Source of the DNA: Dehalococcoidia bacterium
GTDB lineage: Bacteria > Chloroflexota > Dehalococcoidia > Dehalococcoidales > RBG-16-60-22
Direction: 5' to 3'
Length of the DNA stretch: 64,000 nt
Assembly (NCBI GenBank): GCA_011174815.1
Contig: DUFF01000069.1
Span: forward strand, 5,603-69,602
Every line of letters starts with the position of its first letter. The first letter of the stretch is position 1. This document shows positions 27,361 through 35,623 of the stretch, one piece after another. The position numbers were made by a program, and so were the translations under genes. A model generated the notes under the pieces. It made no database searches, was not told where the DNA came from, and saw only the letters and a list, made by a program, of their open reading frames with translations.

Positions 27361-27741
27361 CTAGCGTACATGACATGTTGCAAACATAGCAGGAGGGCAT
27401 TGCCAGTTTCCAATCTTCTTGACATCCATCTTGAGTCTAGTACCATCTAAAGTCAACTGACCTTCAATGATGACTGAACGACATGGGCTAGCTCTCTCGG
27501 GTTTTTCATGCTGAGACTCATATATAACGTAACACGCATTGGCATTGTTCTCGATGCAATTGATCTTCCGGCCCTTTCTTGGACTTATAATGAAATACAG
27601 AGTCTTGCCGTCAAAGTGATGTTCAAGGGGCACAGCATAGGGCTTATCTCGGTCCACCAATGCAAGAACGCCTACCGGGCTGTCCTTTATAAATTTCATT
27701 ACTTCTAATTCGTCCATCGCTCCAACGCCTGTTGCAGTCAT
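27361..27741 (-). CDS. Pyridoxamine 5'-phosphate oxidase-family (FMN-binding split barrel) protein
   Basis: 126 aa with SPVGVLALVDRDKPYAVPLEHHFDGKTLYF. Strong SD (aaggaggt) before the ATG at 27741. Confidence 0.65.
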   Translation of the reverse strand: MTATGVGAMDELEVMKFIKDSPVGVLALVDRDKPYAVPLEHHFDGKTLYFIISPRKGRKINCIENNANACYVIYESQHEKPERASPCRSVIIEGQLTLDGTRLKMDVKKIGNWQCPPAMFATCHVR

Positions 27742-28148
27742 AGAGTACCTCCTTCATGTGGTCAACTACTATTTGGATTTTAACACATCACAGGCAAGCG
27801 GGAACCATAATGGAATTGACGCGGAGTAGCACGTCTAAGTGCCCATCAAAATCTTGAAGCAAATTTCGCGACTATTGCTAACTGCGTACAGTGTATTTCG
27901 TCAGCGTAAATTGGGTATTACATGGCTTTTCTATGGCACATTTTATCTTTTCGTTACTCGCGATAAATCGAAAAATAAGATATGTTATATTTCATATTAA
28001 GCTTTTCGTTACCTCACTTGGTTTCTACTTTCGGTTTCCTCTTATAGTCTCCAATTATTATTCCCTTTTGGATACTCATTACTACCTATTGCACAATTGT
28101 CTATTTTGTGCGACATGCATTTTAATATTATTAAAAGTCAGGTCGTCT

Positions 28149-28179
28149 GCTGTCGAGTTAGGTAGTGCCACTCGACAGC
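28149..28179. repeat. 9-bp-stem hairpin (gctgtcgag / ctcgacagc, 13-nt loop) in an AT-rich non-coding stretch
   Basis: Read directly from the sequence. Lies in the roughly 650-bp gene-poor right end of the AT-rich stretch. Confidence 0.4.
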
Positions 28180-28402
28180 GTTACGCAGTGTCACAGATTG
28201 AGACTTCCAAATAGGCTTGAGTTCCTTCGGGTTCCCGTAGGATAATCAATACGGGTGATCCTAAATAACCAATGCGGTTTTACGCTCCAATCCTAGTCTA
28301 TTTGCTTCTGTACTAATCAATAAATTCAGCTTCGCATAGTGTTTACGCCTCTTCCTTAGGAAGAAGAGAGGGAGAAGAGGTTTTAGAAGGGCGGTGCCCT
28401 TC

Positions 28403-28465
28403 TTACTTCCCCTTTTTCTTCGGCTGCTTGGGTTTCTTGACGTTCTTTCTGCCTTTAGTGCCCAT
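28403..28465 (-). CDS. Candidate 20-aa lysine-rich peptide
   Basis: ATG at 28465 preceded by ggatggaggg (SD, 7-nt spacing). Encodes MGTKGRKNVKKPKQPKKKGK. Lies 25 nt downstream of the NurA stop and is followed by the hairpin gaagggc-acc-gcccttc. Confidence 0.25.
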   Translation of the reverse strand: MGTKGRKNVKKPKQPKKKGK

Positions 28466-28490
28466 GTCTATTCCCTCCATCCTGATAATC

Positions 28491-29690
28491 TTACACCCAC
28501 CTCGTCCTTTTGCTGAAGCTCTTGGCGGAGGTGAGGGTGGGGATTTTTTCCTCAATGCAGAGCGATTCCACCAGCTGCCAGAACTCGGCTTTATCGGCGG
28601 CGGTGACCACCGCCTGCTCGTGGGCCTCACTCAAGGCCACCGGGTAGCCCTGCCCTCGCCGGCACTGGTCCAGGGTTAAAGAATGCACCAAACCCAGCAA
28701 TTCATCATTTTCCGCTGCCCAGCGCGGCATCTCCACCCGCGCCACCTCTTCCTCCAGCCTTAGGTAAAAGAAATAGATACGGTGTTCCCCATAACGCTCT
28801 TTGGTTATTTTCGACGGGCTGATAAAAAGCGCCGACCTCTCACACGGTGTCAGCACGTCCATGAACAGCTCTCGGTCGGTGACCCCGGCCACGCCCTCGC
28901 AGTCGCGGTCTTTAGGCGGCGGGCAGAAGCGGTCGCAGTCTGACACCTCATGCGGGCATATCGCCACCCGCAGCACGTTGACCACGTCGGTGCTGCGCGG
29001 GAAGCTGATGTAACTAGCCAGCGCCACTTTTTTCTCACGGTTTTGTTTTCTGATTTCTTCAAAGCAGGGCAGATACCCGTTTCCCAGCAGCGCCTCGGTG
29101 ACGAAGTCAGGGTAAGCCTCCAGCCCCCAGAGAATCAAAGAGCCATCGAGCAGCGCCAGCGTAGCGCTTCCCGGCGGCTGTTCCGCCACCAGCCGGGACA
29201 GATGGCAGCATTCCTCAACAGCGCGCTTGATGCCAAGCAATGTTCCCTCTACCATCTGCTCGCGGCCGGTCGCTGCCGCCGGCTTCAGCACCAGGTCCTC
29301 ATCCTCGGCGTAGAGGTGCGGTGCGCTATCCAGAAAGGCGTCCGGCTGGTCACCATACCTGAGGGCAACGGAGCCGATGTTTATCAGATAGCACCGCGTG
29401 GAGCGGTGCCGGTCGACGTCAATGTGAGAGCCATCGGTGGCGAGCACGCTGAAATCGGTGGGGGCGGGGGGTGCCGAATATCGTTTTGACAGCCCGTCCG
29501 TAAGTTCTGCCACCAGCCAGGTGGTGCGGCTGGCGGCGATTTTCCTTTTTAGCTTCTCCAGGTCAATGGCCTCGTCGCCGAGAACCTGCCGCGCATAATG
29601 AAACCGCTGCTGTCTTTCGGTGCGCCCTTCCTTCAGCCGAGCCACCATAAGGCTCGCCTGCGAGGCTATCTTGGTTAAATCCAGTGACAC
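28491..29690 (-). CDS. nurA: NurA-domain nuclease
   Basis: 399 aa with a GTG start after ggagaaggag. Has the two DGS motifs characteristic of NurA: VLATDGSHIDV and LALLDGSLILWG. Confidence 0.65.
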   Translation of the reverse strand: MSLDLTKIASQASLMVARLKEGRTERQQRFHYARQVLGDEAIDLEKLKRKIAASRTTWLVAELTDGLSKRYSAPPAPTDFSVLATDGSHIDVDRHRSTRCYLINIGSVALRYGDQPDAFLDSAPHLYAEDEDLVLKPAAATGREQMVEGTLLGIKRAVEECCHLSRLVAEQPPGSATLALLDGSLILWGLEAYPDFVTEALLGNGYLPCFEEIRKQNREKKVALASYISFPRSTDVVNVLRVAICPHEVSDCDRFCPPPKDRDCEGVAGVTDRELFMDVLTPCERSALFISPSKITKERYGEHRIYFFYLRLEEEVARVEMPRWAAENDELLGLVHSLTLDQCRRGQGYPVALSEAHEQAVVTAADKAEFWQLVESLCIEEKIPTLTSAKSFSKRTRWV

Positions 29691-29788
29691 TCCTTCTCCT
29701 CTAGCGCCAAGTATAATCCATCGCAGGTGCTAACTCAAGCCAATGGGACACCGTCAAACGGGTGTGATATGATAATAAAGAGGTTGGC

Positions 29789-30400
29789 ATGCTTCCGATT
29801 CTGCTGAGCGTTGTCGTCATCTCCTCCTCCGGGGTTATGATGCCCGGCCCTATGCTCGCCGTTACGCTGGCGAAAAGCTATAAGTCGCCATGGACAGGAG
29901 CCTGGCTGTCTCTCGGCCACGCCGTGATTGAAGTCCCTCTAATCCTGCTCATCTACTTTGGCTTTGCTCACTTCTTTCAGGTCAATGTCGTACGCCTGGC
30001 GCTGAGCGTGGCCGGCAGCGGCATGATAATATGGATGGGCGTGAGCATGTTCCGCGCCCGCGGCGAGGTTGCCCAAAAAGGAAAGGATCTGCCCTACAAC
30101 GCCTTCACCGCCGGCATCCTGACCAGCGTCTTCAACCCCTTCTTCGTGGTCTGGTGGGCGACTCTCGGCAGCATGCTTATCATGCGCATCCTTGATTTCG
30201 GCACGGTTGGCATCATCCTCTTCACCATTGTGCACTGGCTGTGCGACCTCGTCTGGCTGACACTGATATCCAACGTAATCTACCGGACGCATGCCTTCTG
30301 GAACCGTCGCGTGCAGGAGTGGCTTTTCATCACCGGCAGCCTGCTGCTTATTGGCTTCGGCATCTGGTTCCTGGTATCGGGCATTCAGCTAGTAATATAA
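29789..30400 (+). CDS. LysE/RhtB-family amino-acid exporter
   Basis: 203 aa with about 6 TM helices. The N-terminal PGPMLAVTL motif is typical of LysE translocators. Confidence 0.75.
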   Translation: MLPILLSVVVISSSGVMMPGPMLAVTLAKSYKSPWTGAWLSLGHAVIEVPLILLIYFGFAHFFQVNVVRLALSVAGSGMIIWMGVSMFRARGEVAQKGKDLPYNAFTAGILTSVFNPFFVVWWATLGSMLIMRILDFGTVGIILFTIVHWLCDLVWLTLISNVIYRTHAFWNRRVQEWLFITGSLLLIGFGIWFLVSGIQLVI

Positions 30401-30412
30401 AGAGGAGCGGCA

Positions 30413-31447
30413 ATGAACGTCGGTTACGTTTACGATGAAGTCTACCTGAAGCATGAAACCGGCTACCACCCGGAAAATGCCCAGCGCCTTGAAGCCATTA
30501 TGGCTCACCTTGAGGAAACGAGATGCATAGAGCATTTGATACCGGTCAAGCCCCGCCCGGCCACCGTCAGGGAGCTGACCTATGTCCACCAGGCATCATA
30601 TGTCTCCCGTATTCAGGAGGCGGCGCTGAAAGGCGGCGGCTGGCTTGATGCCGACACGGTCATGTCACCGGACTCTTACGATGCCGCGCTGTACGCTGCC
30701 GGCGGCGCTATTGAAGCCACCGATGCCGTTATCAGCGGCCGGGTGAACAGCGCCTTCGCCCTAGTCAGACCCCCCGGGCACCACGCCACCGCACTGGCAG
30801 CCATGGGTTTCTGCCTTTTCAACAATATTGCCATCGCCGCCTGGCATGCCCTGAAGGAATACAAGCTGGGAAAGGTCGCCATCATTGATTTTGATGTGCA
30901 TCACGGCAACGGCACTCAGGAAGCCTTTTACAGCCACCCGCAGGTTCTCTACGTTTCCACCCACCAGTACCCTCACTATCCGGGCACCGGGACCATCGGC
31001 GAGACCGGGAGCGGTCCTGCCGAGGGCAGCAAAGTCAATATACCCCTGCCCAGCGGCTCGGGCGATGACGAATACCGGCAGGCTTTTGAGCAAATCATCG
31101 TGCCGGCCACCCGGCGCTTCCGCCCCGAGCTTATTCTGGTGTCCGCCGGCTATGACCCGCACTGGAAAGACCGCCTGGCCATGATGGAGGTCAGCACGGC
31201 CGGCTTCGCGGAGATGGTGAGGTATATTAAAAGCCTGGCTGACGAGCTTTGCGATGGCAAAATTGTGATGACCCTTGAGGGTGGCTATAACCTGAAAGCT
31301 TTGGCGACATCAGTAAAGGCCACCTTCGATGTGCTGCTCGGCAATGCCGATATCGAAGACCCCCTGGGACAACCGGAGCGCCGCTGGGCATCACCGGACA
31401 TCACCGACCTGCTCAGGACAATAAAAGAAAGACACAAAATCGCCTGA
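30413..31447 (+). CDS. Histone deacetylase-family (Zn-dependent) deacetylase
   Basis: 344 aa with RPPGHHA, DFDVHHGNGTQ and EGGY. Confidence 0.88.
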   Translation: MNVGYVYDEVYLKHETGYHPENAQRLEAIMAHLEETRCIEHLIPVKPRPATVRELTYVHQASYVSRIQEAALKGGGWLDADTVMSPDSYDAALYAAGGAIEATDAVISGRVNSAFALVRPPGHHATALAAMGFCLFNNIAIAAWHALKEYKLGKVAIIDFDVHHGNGTQEAFYSHPQVLYVSTHQYPHYPGTGTIGETGSGPAEGSKVNIPLPSGSGDDEYRQAFEQIIVPATRRFRPELILVSAGYDPHWKDRLAMMEVSTAGFAEMVRYIKSLADELCDGKIVMTLEGGYNLKALATSVKATFDVLLGNADIEDPLGQPERRWASPDITDLLRTIKERHKIA

Positions 31448-31511
31448 ATTCATTCATTTTATAGTTTTACACTGCCATATGAAAAGCAATCCGGCAGAGG
31501 AGAGGACAGCC

Positions 31512-31820
31512 ATGAAAAAGATAGTGCTGATTGTTCTAGTCTGTTTACTGGTGAGCAGCCTGCTGGCCTTTCTGGCCAATTACCTGATATATACGCCCAT
31601 GATGGAAAGCAATGCGACACTGATAAACAATCAGTATGACGAGATAACCAGGCTGACGCAATTCAATAACGACCTGAAACAGACTCTGGCCACTCAGGAA
31701 TACACGATATCCTCACAACAAGCCCAGATTGCGAGCCTGCAGGATGAACTGGAGAAAGCTGAAGCTTCGATAAGCTACCTGGAGGATGAATTGCTTAAAT
31801 GCGAAACGAAAAACAAATAA
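31512..31820 (+). CDS. Membrane-anchored coiled-coil protein
   Basis: Start at MKKIVLIVLVCLL (SD ggagagg). One TM helix followed by a heptad-like region: QIASLQDELEKAEASISYLEDEL. Confidence 0.55.
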   Translation: MKKIVLIVLVCLLVSSLLAFLANYLIYTPMMESNATLINNQYDEITRLTQFNNDLKQTLATQEYTISSQQAQIASLQDELEKAEASISYLEDELLKCETKNK

Positions 31821-31883
31821 TATGTTTTTAACCAGCCAACGGTATAATGAGCTGTGTCTAAAAAGAAAGGAGTGATAAGAGCT

Positions 31884-32393
31884 ATGTCCAGATATAACCG
31901 GGATATAAGGGAAGACATCACCTCCAGGGTATTGAATGAGGGCGCGGAGTATCGCAGCTGAAGCCGCCGGGTTCTGCACGGCGTGCAGAAATATCTACCA
32001 TTCATTACCGATGATATCGTCCAGGCCGGAGTGGCCCTTGCCGGCGGCGGTGCCAACTCCGTCATCGGTTCCTGCGGGGCTTTTTCCGGGGGGCTTATGG
32101 TGTTGAGCGCCAGGTTTAGCCCTCGCTCGGACACTCTGTCAGACAAGGAGCGGGAGCAACTGGCCTATGCCCGCGGCAAGTTCGCCCAGTTTCGTGATTG
32201 GTTCATTGCCGAGTTCGGCAGTGTCGCCTGCCGCGATGTCCAGCTCAAAGTGCTGGGCCGGGTCTTTAACATCACGGACGACCAGGAATTTCAGGAGTTT
32301 ATGGAATACCAGAAGCAATCGGGCAGGTACTGCCGCGAGGTCTACCTGAAAGCGGCCCTCAAGGTGTCCGAAATAATCTCGGCCGAGAAATAG
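31884..32393 (+). CDS. C_GCAxxG_C_C-family redox protein; candidate selenoprotein (in-frame TGA at 31959-31961 read as Sec)
   Basis: The ORF track only has 31983-32393. ATG at 31884 (SD aaaggag) opens the same frame for 25 codons and is interrupted only by TGA. The product ...EGAEYRS-U-SRRVLHGV...AGGGANSVIGSCGAFSGG...VACRDV...YCREV places TGA exactly at the first conserved Cys (C-x3-VL) of the family. Confidence 0.6.
31972..31990 (+). promoter_or_regulatory. SECIS-like hairpin downstream of TGA
   Basis: ttctgcac-ggc-gtgcagaa forms a perfect 8-bp stem starting 11 nt after the TGA, with a G-rich apical loop. Confidence 0.45.
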
Positions 32394-32453
32394 CCAGGGG
32401 AAGGTGATTAACTAACCGCAGCCACATTCCACACGCATTATACGCCACCCGCC

Positions 32454-33365
32454 TCAAGGCCTGTCTTTGCGCAGACCGGGCGGGATGGGACATTGCTCAC
32501 ATCTTTCGTCGCAGGGCTCAACGTGAATGGTCACGCTGGCCTGATTTAGCTTGTTCTTGATGTCCTGCTCCAGGTGGTCGCACATTCTGTGTGCATCTTC
32601 CAGACTGATATTTTTGGGCATTACCAGGTGCAGGTCAACGTAACGCTGGCTCCCTGCCTTTCGGGTGCGTAGTTTGTGATAATCAACCAACTCGCCAACG
32701 TGCTCTATGATGGCGTCCCTTATAACATTCTCCTCGGTTTCCGGCAACTTGGTGTCCATCAGACCGCCAAATGACTTCCGCAGCACTTCATAAGCGGATT
32801 TGAAAATAATCAGGGAGACCAGCAACGCAATTATCGGGTCAAGGATGACCAGACCGGTGAAGCGGATGATAATCAGGCCCACCAGCACCCCCGCCGCCGA
32901 ATAAACATCAGCGGCAATGTTATGGGCATTGGCTTCCAATGCCAGCGAATCGGCCGTCCTTGCCACCTTCAGCAGATATCTCGACAGGAAAACGCTGACG
33001 ATAACGGAAACCAACATCACCGCGATGCCAGCCTCCGTCATTTCCAGAGTTGTGCCGTTAATAATCCGGCGTATCGCGGAAAATATAATCAGGCCACCAG
33101 CAACAAAAATCAGCACCGCCTGCACCACGGCGGCGATGTTCTCCACCTTGCCATGGCCAAACGGGTGCTTTTCATCGGCGGGCCTGGCGGCGACAACAAT
33201 GGCCAGAAAGGTAATGGTAATGGCGAATAAATCGAGAAAGCTGTCCGCCGCCTGGGCCAGAACACTGATGCTCCCGGTGATGACCCCCACGGCCACCTTG
33301 AAGGCTATCAGCCCGATGACGGCACCAAGAGCAATCTTGGCGGCACTGCTTCTGGTGGCAAACAT
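32454..33365 (-). CDS. Cation diffusion facilitator (CDF) metal efflux transporter
   Basis: 303 aa with six TM helices, AQAADSFLDLFA (HxxxD-type site) and a C-terminal cytoplasmic domain. Confidence 0.85.
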   Translation of the reverse strand: MFATRSSAAKIALGAVIGLIAFKVAVGVITGSISVLAQAADSFLDLFAITITFLAIVVAARPADEKHPFGHGKVENIAAVVQAVLIFVAGGLIIFSAIRRIINGTTLEMTEAGIAVMLVSVIVSVFLSRYLLKVARTADSLALEANAHNIAADVYSAAGVLVGLIIIRFTGLVILDPIIALLVSLIIFKSAYEVLRKSFGGLMDTKLPETEENVIRDAIIEHVGELVDYHKLRTRKAGSQRYVDLHLVMPKNISLEDAHRMCDHLEQDIKNKLNQASVTIHVEPCDERCEQCPIPPGLRKDRP

Positions 33366-33375
33366 CTCTCCTCAC

Positions 33376-34299
33376 CTATTTGCTGGCTCTTGCCCACGCA
33401 AAAGGCAGCCAGCTGATGAACCGTCGCCACTCCTTCTTGTCCCAGACCACCAGCAGCGTGGGGGCGATGCAAATGGAACTGAATGTTCCGGCAATGATGC
33501 CGATGATAAGGACGATGACCAGGTTCTGAATCGTGGCGCCGACAAAGAACAGAAGCGCCAGGACTACAATCAGCGTGGTGAGGCTGGTATTGACCGAACG
33601 GCCGAGGGTTTCCACTAGGCTATTGTTGACCACTGTTTCAAAATCGGCACTTATATCCAGGCGCAGGTTTTCCCGTATCCGGTCGAAGATGACCACCGTA
33701 TTGTTCACGCTGTAGCCTATCACTGCCAGGATACCGGTGATGAACATCATATTTACCTGCCAGTTTAGTATACCGCCGAGGATGGAAAAAACTCCCAGTG
33801 CCACCAGCGCATCGTGAACCAAGGCGATGATGGCACAGGTGCCGTAGTGGAAAGGTCTGGGCATGCGGCGGAACGCCCAGGTAACGTAAAGCAGGATGCC
33901 CACCGCCGCTACCGCCACGGCGATAACTGCCGTCCGTACCGTCTCGGTAGCAATCATCGGCGATACCGAGGAGAACTCGGGTTCGGTAAGCTCTCCAAAC
34001 CTAGCCTCCAATCCGGTTTCGAGGGCTGCTTTGCCCTCCGGGGTTAATTCCGCAGTACGTATCAGGTAGTCGCCGGCACCGGTACGCTGTATGATCACGT
34101 TATCGTGACCCAAGTCAGCCAGCGCCACCTTCAGTTCATCCTGCGCCACGTCCTGTTCGAAATCAACGGTAAGCAGTGAACCACTGCTGAACTCAATCCC
34201 CGTTTTCAGGCCAAAGGTCAGCAGTGAGATTATCCCGATGATGATGACCACTCCCGAGATTAAAAAGAACTGAAACCTTCTGCCGACGATATCAAACAT
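33376..34299 (-). CDS. secF: Protein translocase subunit SecF
   Basis: 307 aa with GIEFSSGS and a C-terminal SecD/F TM bundle. Overlaps the secD stop. Confidence 0.9.
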   Translation of the reverse strand: MFDIVGRRFQFFLISGVVIIIGIISLLTFGLKTGIEFSSGSLLTVDFEQDVAQDELKVALADLGHDNVIIQRTGAGDYLIRTAELTPEGKAALETGLEARFGELTEPEFSSVSPMIATETVRTAVIAVAVAAVGILLYVTWAFRRMPRPFHYGTCAIIALVHDALVALGVFSILGGILNWQVNMMFITGILAVIGYSVNNTVVIFDRIRENLRLDISADFETVVNNSLVETLGRSVNTSLTTLIVVLALLFFVGATIQNLVIVLIIGIIAGTFSSICIAPTLLVVWDKKEWRRFISWLPFAWARASK

Positions 34300-35611
34300 T
34301 TCTTTTACTCACCCATACGCTGAAAAGATGCGTCCTTTTCGACAGCGGACCGCCGACAAACAGGCGCAGCAGGGTGCGGGTTACCACGATGGCGGAAAAC
34401 ATGCTCACCACGACACCGATGAACAGGGTTACCGCGAAGCCGGCTACCGGTGCGCCACCGACGATGCTGTTGCCCACCCAGATGAGAATAATGCAGACAA
34501 TGATGGTGGTAATATTGCTATCCCGGATGGCGGTCCAGGCGCGGTTGAAGCCAGCTTCGATAGCCGCCCCGAGCGTACGCCCGGTGCGTATTTCCTCCTT
34601 CATCCGCTCAAAGATGAGCACGTTGGCATCCACCGCCATGCCGATGGAGAGAATAAAGCCGCCCAGGCCGGCCAGGGTCAGGGTTATCGGCCAGAGCTTG
34701 AATACGGCCAGCACGATAACACCGTAAAAAGCCAAGGCCAGGCAGGCCAGTAATCCGGAAACGCGGTAGTACGCAATCATGAAGAGCATCACCAGAATAA
34801 TGCCGATGATGCCCGCCTTCACGCTCATATCAATAAAATCGGCGCCCAGAATGGGGGAGACGGTCTGGTCGTAAATCGGGGTCAGCGGCAGCGGAATGCG
34901 CCCGGCATTGAGCAACTGGGACAGTTCCTGCGCCTCATTCAGGCTCAGGCCCTCGATCTGCCCACTTTCCGAAATCTTGGAGCGGACGATCGGGGCAATC
35001 GGTTCGCCGTCATCACCAAGCAGAGGTTCCCCACTCAGGTAAATGCCGAGCGGCTCTCCGATAAGGCGCCCGGTAACCTCCTCGGAAATTTTCCTCCCCT
35101 CGCTGTTCCACTCAAAGATAAGCAGTACTTCACCAAATTGACCGGTGGTAACATAGGTATTCTCCCTGAAATAAGAGCTATTGAGTTCCTTTTCCTGTCC
35201 GTCGATGACGGCGGTTGCCGGCACCCATTTCTCTTCCCCGTCTTCAATCTTCAGCTCGCGGAACTCGATGAGTGCCGTCTGGCCAATCAAGTTCTTGGCC
35301 TTATCGGCCTCGCTGATGCCCGGCAGCTCCACTAGGATGCGGTCGGCACCCTGCTTCTGTATCACCGGCTCGGTTACGCCGAGGATATTGATGCGCCGCT
35401 CAATGACGGCAACGGCACCGTCAATAGCCTCGCCCTCGCTCCCTGGCTCAATATCCGAGAAATCGGCCAAGTAGACCATGTGGATGCCGCCCCGCAGGTC
35501 GAGGCCCAGGCGCATTGCCTCCCTACCCCACAGCGGATAGATGAGGGCGATAATGGCAAAGGCGAAAAGGGCCATGACTATGGACAAAGTAATCAGGTTT
35601 CTCGTTGTCAT
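34292..35611 (-). CDS. secD: Protein translocase subunit SecD
   Basis: 439 aa with LGLDLRGGIHMV and LAGLGGFILSIGMAVDANVLIFERMKEE. Confidence 0.9.
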   Translation of the reverse strand: MTTRNLITLSIVMALFAFAIIALIYPLWGREAMRLGLDLRGGIHMVYLADFSDIEPGSEGEAIDGAVAVIERRINILGVTEPVIQKQGADRILVELPGISEADKAKNLIGQTALIEFRELKIEDGEEKWVPATAVIDGQEKELNSSYFRENTYVTTGQFGEVLLIFEWNSEGRKISEEVTGRLIGEPLGIYLSGEPLLGDDGEPIAPIVRSKISESGQIEGLSLNEAQELSQLLNAGRIPLPLTPIYDQTVSPILGADFIDMSVKAGIIGIILVMLFMIAYYRVSGLLACLALAFYGVIVLAVFKLWPITLTLAGLGGFILSIGMAVDANVLIFERMKEEIRTGRTLGAAIEAGFNRAWTAIRDSNITTIIVCIILIWVGNSIVGGAPVAGFAVTLFIGVVVSMFSAIVVTRTLLRLFVGGPLSKRTHLFSVWVSKRNV

Positions 35612-35623
35612 TGCTCTATAAAG

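Noticed and set aside
27891-28214. 107-aa ORF in the AT-rich tail of the AT-rich stretch
   Set aside because: It has an Ile/Phe/Leu/Tyr-dominated sequence, a GTG start without an SD, and sits in DNA that looks non-coding. It is more likely a chance ORF.
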